Positions 46,172 through 56,700 of a stretch of 64,000 nucleotides of DNA are shown here, one piece after another; the stretch's first letter is position 1; the number at the start of each line of letters is the position of its first letter. Source of the stretch: a virus; IMG/VR virus record IMGVR_UViG_3300021364_000001, positions 123,194-187,193 of that record. One strand, given 5' to 3'. A program made the translations under genes and the position numbers. The notes below the pieces were generated by a model. That model was not told the origin of the DNA. It saw only the letters and a program-made list of their open reading frames with translations, and did no database searches.

Positions 46172-47775
46172 GTTGCGTCAAACGAGGTCTGAGTAGTAGA
46201 GAACTTAACCTCAGTAGATGAGAAGTCTGCATCACCCTGACCGTCACCGAATCCAGTTACGGTGAGTGTCGCAACGTCAGATGTCAGTGGTGAGTTTTGT
46301 GCAGGTGTTACACCCAGACCCAAGGGACCACGCACTTCACATCTGAATCTATATCCAGACATGTAGTTAAGTGCGGTGAACTGATAGGTCGCATCAGTTG
46401 CACCAGTAAGCACAGCAAAGGAGAATCCACCATCAGTAGATCTATACCACTGATAGGACTTGGGTCCGTCTTCTGGAATAATAGAAGCGGTAATGCTGAA
46501 TGTGACTGTTTGTCCAACGTTGATGGTAACATTCTGCGGTTGCAGAGCGATCTGGATCGTTGCTGGGACAACAGTTCCACCACCACCACCTTGATCTGGG
46601 GGAGGGGGTGTAGCAGCACCATTGTTTGGTGGTTGATCTAATACCTCACGAGACGTGGTTCCCATGAGATATGGAAACACTGCTTCTAGGTTATTCTCAC
46701 TGTCTAATTCAGTGGTTAGAAAGTAAGCATATGTACCATCTTGGAACTCTGGTGTAACACAGAATCTTCCATTATGGATGTCCATGTTACCAAGACCCTC
46801 AGAGTATTCCCAGTCTTGAATCAGAGACCCAGCAGGGGGGTTCTGCTGACTATCACCATAGATAGGTCTGCCTTCTATTTCTTCTGATCTAACTCGGTAA
46901 GAACTAGTTGCAAGACCTATGTCACTATCGTTGTCCCAAGGATCTGAATACAGATAAGGACCATAGATGGGAAATCCATCGAAAGCATAACCAAGAATCT
47001 TAGAGTGACCATCTGGATGTCTCATATTGTCGCCATTGTACTGAGATGATCCATAGTAGTCGTTATACGATGCCATGACGGAGTTATCCTTCCAGCATTC
47101 TAGGAAGTGAGTGTCATGGTAGTGATATTGTCCTGTGTTCTCTGGGTGACCACCACAGTTGTCATCACCAAAACTTACGGGTGAATCTTCGTAGTGGGCA
47201 TTCCAGTTGAATCCTGATGGTGGGTTTCCACCTGCACCTGCTGAGGGGTTGAAAAATACGACACCATTAGCAGCCACCCCAATAGCACCGAGAGGTGTAT
47301 TAGTGCGTCCATTCCTTTGATCATAATAAGTGTATGTGCCAGCATGACCAGATCTAGTAAAGTCCATGATCAGTTCCAAATACTGATCACTGGCACGCCA
47401 GAACTCACCTGCCACAGCAGTCTGCTGTGTTCCTCTATATGTAAACACTGCCTTGTGTTCATCAGGAGTGCCTTCATCAAACACAAATAGAATCTTATCA
47501 CCGACTCTGATAGCAGAACCCAACAGAGTGTTGTCATCTACTGATAATGGAATCGTGATAAAGAAACCATCATGAGCAAAACTATTGTCGTCAAATGTTC
47601 TAGTAACACCAAAGGTGCCACCTCTATAATAAAAGTCGTGATTAAAATCCTGCTCAGTTACCTGATTTGGATTATTGACGTTAGGAAACGTACCGTAGAG
47701 GACGGGATCGGGAAGACCATCGCCATCTACGGTGAGCGTTCTAGTGCCAGCGTTATATTCAGCGGTTGCTGTCAT
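46168..47775 (-). CDS. YHYH-domain protein with C-terminal Ig-like domain
   Basis: LGAIGVAANGVVFFNP, GQYHYHD, HSKILGYAFDGFPIYGPY, NGRFCVTPEF; then LQPQNVTINVGQTVTF...YQWY...YRFRCEV. Confidence 0.85.
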   Translation of the reverse strand: MTATAEYNAGTRTLTVDGDGLPDPVLYGTFPNVNNPNQVTEQDFNHDFYYRGGTFGVTRTFDDNSFAHDGFFITIPLSVDDNTLLGSAIRVGDKILFVFDEGTPDEHKAVFTYRGTQQTAVAGEFWRASDQYLELIMDFTRSGHAGTYTYYDQRNGRTNTPLGAIGVAANGVVFFNPSAGAGGNPPSGFNWNAHYEDSPVSFGDDNCGGHPENTGQYHYHDTHFLECWKDNSVMASYNDYYGSSQYNGDNMRHPDGHSKILGYAFDGFPIYGPYLYSDPWDNDSDIGLATSSYRVRSEEIEGRPIYGDSQQNPPAGSLIQDWEYSEGLGNMDIHNGRFCVTPEFQDGTYAYFLTTELDSENNLEAVFPYLMGTTSREVLDQPPNNGAATPPPPDQGGGGGTVVPATIQIALQPQNVTINVGQTVTFSITASIIPEDGPKSYQWYRSTDGGFSFAVLTGATDATYQFTALNYMSGYRFRCEVRGPLGLGVTPAQNSPLTSDVATLTVTGFGDGQGDADFSSTEVKFSTTQTSFDAT

Positions 47776-47788
47776 TGGACTTTTTGAC

Positions 47789-47795
47789 TATTTAT
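47789..47795 (-). promoter_or_regulatory. Late promoter overlapping upstream stop
   Basis: ATAAATA; its TAA is the giant protein's stop. Confidence 0.7.
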
Positions 47796-50700
47796 TGGAA
47801 GATCTGAGTCGGGTTGAAGTTGGTGATGATAGTAGCACCAGTCTGAACTGTGAGGATCACAGAGTTGGAGTAGACAGGTGTAGCACCAGCAGCAGTGATT
47901 GCCACGCGGAATTCATCACCGTCATCTGCCTGTTCAGCAGCATTAGATGTGTAGACCGCAGTGTTCTGACCAGTAATGTTGTTCCAGTCAGTTTCGCCAT
48001 ACTGCTTACGCTGCCACTGATAGTTCAGAGGTGTAGTTCCAACTTGGTTATCAGAACTGTTCACAAACTGACCGACAACAGTGAACTGAGCAGTCTGACC
48101 CTGGTTCACAGTCACGTTCACAGGTTGTGTCACGATGTTGATGTAACCAGGTGTGATGACAATCGGGTTGCCCTGAGGGTCAGTACCTTCGCCAGCGTAG
48201 GTATCAAAACCTTGGTTGACAGCAGGTCCAGTCGGGGGCACGAAGTCATCATCAACAGTAGTCTCAACTGTGACAACTGGTTGTGCATAACCAATACCAG
48301 GAGTCTTCACGTCGATTCTCAGGAGACCCATCAGGGCGCGAATACGACCGTCGAAACCAGTAGAGGAAACCACGTCCACGTTCGGGCGCGAGGTATAACC
48401 ATCGCCAGGTGAGGTGATGATTGCTTTTGTGATCTCACCAGACTTGATGCTGGCAAGAGCAGAAGCACCACGACCCTTGACGGTTCCTGTGTACTCAAAG
48501 GTGATCAGAGAGTTCGAGGATTCAATCAGAGCGACTTCACGTTCGTCTGCCTCACCTTCGATTTGCAGAATATCACCTGCTTCGATCGGAGGTACGACAG
48601 TTGCTGCGATCACGTCAGCGTCAGAACCGATGTAGGAGAAGGCAACAAATGTAGATCCTGCACGAGGAATCTCAGCGAAGATGATTCTAGAACCAACCAG
48701 TTCGTAACCAACACCAGGTTCCTGAATCACACCATTGAGCGAGACGATGATGTTGTTCTCAGGCAGGATAGTGTTGGACGACACACCTTCTGTCAGAGTC
48801 AGGGAGTAGAAACCACCCTGATACTTCAAGTTGAAGGACGAACGCAGAGAGTCAAACTCGAAACTGATGTCATCGAGTTGTCTCAGTTTACCCACGTAGT
48901 AACCAATGAACTCAGAACCAATAGTGGGAGGTTCAGTGAAGGAGATCGAGTCAGAGAACGCTGTGTAGGCGTAGTTTGCACCAGGAGGTTGCAGCACACC
49001 GTTGACGAACACGAGCATGTGTCCAGCAGGATCTGGGAAGTATGCTTCGCCGTTGCTGACAGTAAGTTTGAAGGATGTCTCGGTGCCATCGAAACCACGG
49101 AAGTAACGATCGCAACGACCCAGCAGACCCTTCGCCTGCGTGACACCAGCAGACCAACCATAGTCAGACTTGATAGTCAGGTTAGAGGGGAAGTCTCCAT
49201 TGACATCTTCCAACCAGATGCGACCAGTGTCACCACTGATTGCCTTACCTGCGACCTTACCATAAGAGGTGTAGTTGGTAACCTGAACGCCAATGATGTC
49301 ACACTGAATAATAGGGAAGTTGTTGAGGTTCTCAAACTTACCAAGACCACCAGTCAGGAGTTCATTAGGATCTGTGGTTGTAGTACCATCAGCAGCAGCA
49401 CCATAGGGAGTCAGGTTAGCGATCCAGATCTTGTGGATGCTGTTGTCAGGATCGTAGATGTAATCGGTAACAACGGCGGTCCAACCAGGGATCTTAGGAG
49501 TAGAACCTGCGAGCAGATAAACCAGATCTCCCTTCTTGAAGTCGCCCTCAAAACCTTGGTCTCTCAGGACATTACCAACATCACACTCGATAACTTTCTC
49601 AGCATGTACGAACTGGTTGAGTTCGATTTGCTGGAATCCCTGAGCGGTGATGTAGGCGATATCGAGGATTCTGTCAGTGATAGAACCGTAGATGATGTCA
49701 CCATCGATGAAGTCATCTTGCAGTGTCTCAATGTCGATCGTAATACGACCACCCAGGTTGCTAGTCAAAGAACCAGCAGAGTTTTCATAAGAAACGATGT
49801 CTGCCTCAGCACTATTTCCCTTGTTGAAGATAATTTCGCCGTTAGAAAATGCGCCACGATCAATGTTGACTAGCATACGATCTTCGTTAGTGCCAGTCAC
49901 GACTGCTGTCTGAGCACTATCTACACCTTCCAGGATGTCAGCAGCAGTAAAGGAACCTGTGACATTCTCAACGTAGATCCAACCCTCATCCTCATTATCG
50001 CCCGTGAGGACAGAGGTTTGAAGGACTGTACCGAAGTTTGTACCAGCACCTTGGACCTGAACTCTTTCACCCACGGTGAAGCGACCAGTTGCAGTGTTGA
50101 TGTAGATCTTCTGGTAGAGTTTGACGATCTCTGCTTCGTTGTTTCTAGTTCTAACAATCTCAGAAGAGGCGTTAGAAGTAGCACCCACAACCACGTCTGC
50201 GAGACCAAATGTACCGCTGATGGGGTTGTCAATGTCAGGTTGACCGTAAGTTTTGGCAGTACGAGTAATGCCTGTTCGTACGGGAAGACTCAGTTGCTGT
50301 GTGCCTGTCAGAGAAGTGTCAAGAGCGAAGTCACGGAAGCGAGCATCATGACGGATCTCCTTAGTGATCTCAAACTGTGTTGGCGTAGCATTGAGAACGT
50401 AGACATAATCTACATTAGCAAATGCAGGTTCAACGTCGCTAGATGCAATCGCGTACGTGAGAACATCACCACGAGAGTAGAAGTTAGGACGCTGAATAAT
50501 GACTCTGTTCTCTCTTCTCTCGAATGCCGTTTCGATATTCGGAGTATTGATGATCAGGTCAGGATCAGTGTTCCAGTCAGTACCTTCGTCATAGAGATTC
50601 TGTTGGTTTGTAACGTGAGTATTGTTAGTCCACTGAACAGTGTTCTGAGTGGGAGGTGTGCCTCTGCTAATCGCATAATATGCGAGGTTCAGAGAACTAT

Positions 50701-53700
50701 CAATCTTGAATTGTGTAGATTCCTTCTCATATTCATAACGATTTTCGATCGCATTTGTACCTTCGTGCGTGGGATCAAGATAAATGTCATAACCATACCA
50801 CTCACCACCAACACTACGATCGTTGTAATCATCAAGAACACGCTTGCAGTATTCACTGATTCTTGTTACAAACCACAGAAGATGCTGCTTAGTAACATCA
50901 GGGAACGCGATGAAGTTACCCTCACCATCAAACCACGTATTGACGATTCTCAGGATACCATTGTTACCGCCAGTGTTCATGTCGATGAGCAACCCATTGA
51001 GTAGGGTGTCAGCGAAGGACTGTTCGGCAAGAGTTGCTGGATATGCAGTTTGCACCTCAGCGAACGACTTAGCAGAAACAGCGTGCTTGTTGAAGAGAAT
51101 TCTTCTTGCAGCAGACTTGTCAGAGTTGCTGCCACCACCAAGACTGCTGGTCATCAGATCGAACAGAGTCTCAACAGCACTGGTCACGTTCTCGCAAGTG
51201 TAGAACTGATATTCGCTGTTGCCGTTGTAACCTGCGTCACGAGTAATTGTAGTCAGGTAACTAGGAGCAGGAGAGTTGGATGCAGCAGTTGTGATGGTCT
51301 GAATGATAACATCAAACAAGTTCTCGATAGTTGCTGCTTGTGATGCACATGCTTGGTTCCAGTCGCTGCCAGAGTCATAGGTGATAGAAGTATCACGCAG
51401 AACCATCTCAGGCGAATACTTGACAGGCCAGATGTTGGGCAGTGTCTTGGAGATTGTGCCATCAGTAATGCTAGCGGGCGTGGTAATTGTGTCAGTCACA
51501 ATCGACATCAAAGATGTCATGGCAGCCGCTACGTCGGCACAAGGAGTTACAGTGTCAGTATCAGCAGTTACGACATACCCACCCTGGTTATAGGGGAAGA
51601 AGTCGAGATCAGCAAAATACTTCTGAGTGTAACCATGACCAGCAGTGATGGTGATCGGTTGATCTCTCATCACAGTGATGGCAAGGTCTCTTGCCTTCTC
51701 GAAGATCCAGATAGACTCAGCACTTTGAGAAGTAATATGATCGAGACTGCCATTGGTGACATAGAACTCAGCAGCACGGAACATCTTGTTGTTACCACCA
51801 AAGCGGAGGTTCCAGACCATAGCGTGCAGCACATCAGTTACGTCATGGACACAGTTGATGTTGCCGCCAGGAATAGTCAGACCTGGGAATTGTGCCAGAC
51901 CCTGTGCGACTGCTTCCTCAGCAATCAGTCTGATGTTTCTCTCAATGATGTGTGAAGCATCAATGTATCTGTCGTCAGCACCGTTCTGCTCATAAGTCTC
52001 TACATCAACAGCATCGATCGAAGATGTGCCAACTCCACCAGGAGAGACAGTACCACCAGCACCACCTTCTGCCTGATAAATGTAGAGATTGTCACGTCCG
52101 AAACCATTACGCATGGTCAGGATGCAAATCTCAGCAGCAATCTTATACACGTCGATAGACGCTTCAACTTCTGACTCAATGTGCGAGATGCTGGAATCCT
52201 CAGGGTTCAGATAAAGCAGGGCAGCATCATAAACGGCAGAGTTGCCACCATATCTCAGGTCATGAATGATTGCATCGATAACACCCATCACGTCATCGAT
52301 GCAGTTTTGAGCGCCACCAGGAACAACGAAGTCGAGATACTTCGACAAGTCGTTCATTGTGTAAACTGCCTCGCGAGCAATTACGTGCTTGTTAGCGTCG
52401 AGCAGGTCAGCAGCGTCGATATTTCTGTTAGAAGAAGGATCAGCGTAGTTGTAACCCTTAGTGTCAATAGTGATAGTATCATCTCTATATGCTGTGCGGG
52501 TTGTCCACTGCGCCACATAGTAATCATCATGAGTCTCAGCAGGAACACCCAGTTCAGAAGCAGTGGTGCCAAAGGTCAGCAGAGTGTTGTTGACAGCGTG
52601 GAGAACCAGTTTCTTGACGTAGTTGAAAGCGTCAAGCATTGCACCGATTTCATTTTCAACGTAGATGATATTATTATTATTGTCAAGATAGAAATCAATA
52701 ACATACTGAGTGGCAGAGTTGCCACCAGTAATCAAATCGGTAATAACAGCAGGCAAGATGTACTGCTTGATATCACGCTCACACTTAGAATCGCCACCAG
52801 GAATTGTAAGGAAGTCATAGAAAGTAGTTTCCTGAGTAATCTCATTCAGGATATTTGCCGAATAGTAATCATTCAGATAACCAGTAGTCTCTTCTGCGAT
52901 GTAATCGCGGTTTTTCCAAATGAGGTCACCAGCGTCACGGAATCTGTTGCCCGTGGGACCAAGGATGTCAGCGATAGTGTTAGAAAGAAGAACAATCTCA
53001 TCTTGAATTGCCTGAGAAGCAGGTGCTGTGAAGTTGTTCGGAATACGAAGGATGTCAGTGTACTTAGTGCCATTGTAGGTTTCCAAGTCGCTGCTAGTAG
53101 TGGTAATGACATAGTTGATTACCTCTGCTACTTCGGTCCAAGTGAAGATCGATTGCAGCAGTTCGTTACCAACGTATGCCAGGTCACCAGTCTTAGTCAG
53201 ATAACCTCTACCAGCGATAACGCTGTTGTAGTTACCACCATAACGAATGTCTTCGATGATTGCTTTGAGGATATACTCCTTAGTATCACGCAGACAGAAG
53301 TTTGTACCTTGCTGGACACCAACACCATCAGCGGTGTCACCAGGCATCACAAAGTCAGGATACTTCTCCTTCATCAGACCAACAGCGGTCTCAGCGATCC
53401 AGTCGAGGTTCAGTTCGATTGTGTCAGCACACTTACGATACTCATCACGGGAAAGGTTGATATCCTCAACAATGATGGTCTTCTCGTCATAGTCGATCTT
53501 CTTGGCAGTAGCAGAAGAGTTAGTCTGACCAGTATAGGTAGCAAGTCTCTCCTGAGTGCTCATGATGATCGGCAGTTCAAAACTGAGACCGAAACTTACA
53601 TCATTGAGTCCTGTGCCACTAGGATATGTGAATCCAGGTGTGAAGGTGGCGCTGTAATCAGAGACACCCTTCTTGAAGATGATATTGTCAAGGTGTCCAA

Positions 53701-56700
53701 CAAAATTGTTGCTACCTGCTTCGTCAGCACCAATCTTGAATGCACGTTCCAGATAAGCATTGTTGTCAGTGTAATCACCACCAACTTGTGTACCATCAAC
53801 CCACACCTTAGTGATGTTGGTAGTTCTGGTAACAGCAACGTGATGCCAATCAGTGGTAGTCATGTTGTGAGTACCAGTGATTTGATCACTGCCGTTATAC
53901 CACCAGTTGATAGTTCCACCGTTGAGATAGAGAACAGGAGAACCATTCTCAGTAGGACCACTGGTGCGTGTATCCCACAGATATTGCAGACCAGTCAATG
54001 TGGTGGGTTTAACCCACATTTCGATAGTGAAGTCATCAGTGCCAAACTTGTTAACGTCACTCAGAGGATGAGAGAGGTAACCGCCAGCGTCGATTCTCAG
54101 AGACTTAGTGCCAGACTTGTATTCCAGGATTGTCTGAACAGCGTTAGTGGCAGTAAGTTTGGTGTTAGTGATGTACTCTCTGTTTTGCAGAGTACCAGTG
54201 ATAGAGTTGGTGAACAACCATTTCAGACCAGCGTTAGCACCTTTCAGAGAGAGGCTAGCGCCCGAAGTCGCACCAGTGATGGTGTCACCAGGCAGGAAGA
54301 ATCCATTACCCAGGGGTTCCTTGTAGGATATCTTAAAGACACGCAGGTTCTCATTCTCTTGGAAGGAACCATCGCTGATAACTGACAGAGCATTGATGTT
54401 GTTCAGGTTACCTGCATTGATTGCAGTAGTGGCAATCGAGGTCAGAGTATCCAGAGCAGCCTGTACGTCAGCACAAAGGGTATCGTCGTCAAAGTTAGTA
54501 CCCTGAGAGTAGTTGGGATCGTATGTATGACCTTCGCTAGAAGAGGTCAAATACGGACCAGGGTATGTAGAGGGGTCATAGACCAGTGTCAGATCTCTGT
54601 CGTACAGGAGGTTGTTGATGGCAAGTTTTGCCATGTCTCTTGCCTTGTTGAAGGCAGTGATGGATTCAGCAGTCTCACCAACCAGACCGTTGCTGATGGG
54701 AGTGCCATTAGCATCAAAGTAGAATCTAGTAAACTTGACAACACCATAGTTGCCATCACCCCTGATATCCTGAACCAAAGCATCAACAAAGTAACCGATG
54801 TCACGACGACACTTAGTCTCATTGGTGCTATATGTGCTAGGTTCAGAGAGTTCAATCAGATCAGACAAGGAACCTGCAAGCAGAACCTCAGACACGTTGT
54901 CGAACAAGGTTTGCAGGGCAGACTGAACGTCGGAGCAGTTGTTAGCACCGAAGTTATCAGTATTGCTACCAGCAGTACCATAAGGGTTCCCAGGTGAAGG
55001 ATCAGCAGTGATACCAGTGCCACTAGAACCACCAGTGCTACGCTCATCATACAGATTATAAGTTTGACCACCTGCTGTGTCTGTACCAGTCAGCATGTTG
55101 GTGAGAGCATTTTTCATGTAACCGAGTGCTTGCTCGAAAGCATACTCAGTTGCCTCTGCTTCATTATTAACATACAGGAAGGTAGTACCATCCTCACTGA
55201 AATACATCTGCAAGAACTTGCGGGTGTATACAGTGCCACCTTGGAACATGTCCATGGACAGAGCATCAACAAAGTGACCGATGTCACGAATGCACTTGGT
55301 CGTAGAAGGAATAGGAAGAGTAGGATACTCAACAACCATATCGTCATAAGACTTGGCTTTGATGTATTCCTTATTACGTTGAATCAGGCGGTATGCATCA
55401 GCGTATCTGCTGAACTGGTCAGTCTGGTTGTCACCAGGATAATAGAACCCAGGATGCTGAACAGCGATTTCAGCATTAGCAAAGTCAATGATCTCTTGCT
55501 TGTTAGCAGCAATTCTGTTGGCAGCGTCATACCATCTGTTCAACGCATCAGTTACAGGATTACCATAAGTAACGGTAATAGAACGGAGAGTATCTCCTGC
55601 TGCCATCGCACCACCTGTCAGGTTCTCATACTGAATTTCAGTAGAACGAACCTCTTCAAAGTCTAGGAAGTCAGCGTTGATACGATCAGTGCTATCGAGA
55701 ATCTCAGTAGGTGTAATCGTTGTCTTAGAAATGTCATCCAGAATGACGTTGGTGTTAGTTAGGGAGATCAGACGTTCAAAGATCATACCGAAGAAGGTAG
55801 AACCTTTGTTGATCGTTAGAGTATCCACAACGTCACCAACTCTGGGTTGACCGTTAATGGTCTCAGTCAGAGCACCAGGAATAATAGTATCAGGATCGCC
55901 AACAGCTGTGGTGTAGATCTGAATGGTTTCATTGACTTGGATGGGTTGTCCAGACTCAGCATCCAGAGTATTAGGATCGAGATTGAATGCCTGCTCAGTC
56001 TTGGGCAGATAATAGAGAACAGGAGGAGATGCCTCAAAGTCAACTCTTACAACCTCGCCTCTTGCGCCAGAGGTTACACCAAAGAATGTATCACCTTCAA
56101 CAAAGGTGTCCCAAGCACCAGAGATAGTGGCAGGACGCTCCAAGTTGATGCTAGTGATCGGATCTCTGTAAGGAGCGATACTTGTGACACGAGCAGCAAT
56201 GTTAGATGCAGCAGAGTAGAAGATGTCGTTCAGGAACAGGTTGTACTGACCCGTTTCATACTCAGCAGTACCAGAAGTCTTGGACAGAACCAGAGTGTCA
56301 GAGATGTTGCCATCGAGGTCAAGATTAGTTTCTTCGACGATAGCAGTGTCTCCATCCATGTTAGTGACAGTCTCACCAAACTCAAAGATGGTCTTGTAGT
56401 TGACACTATCAACGTTCAGGATGTTAGCGCCATAACCAGCGTTGAAGAATGTGAGGTCTTCACCACGCTCGAAGTATCCATCAGACATGTCTGTCACTTG
56501 GATGCTGTTCTCGGTCAGGTCGATAGATGTAACAGTTGCTCTCGCACCTGAGGTCTGACCAGTAATTCTGTCACCGATGAGAACTGTACCGAATGTGCCA
56601 CCAATGTTTTGGAGGAACAGTTTGGTGAAGGACTTGTCAATAGAACCAACCAGAGCACTGAAACCAGTTCTACCAACGTCAACACGCTCGTTCAGAGCAA

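Noticed and set aside
50900-55560. Calling the repeats a true cpc/apc/cpe antenna gene
   Set aside because: They are embedded in a virion protein, lack the N-terminal X/Y helices and the NAY methylation loop, and similarity was judged only by eye; reported as a hypothesis instead.
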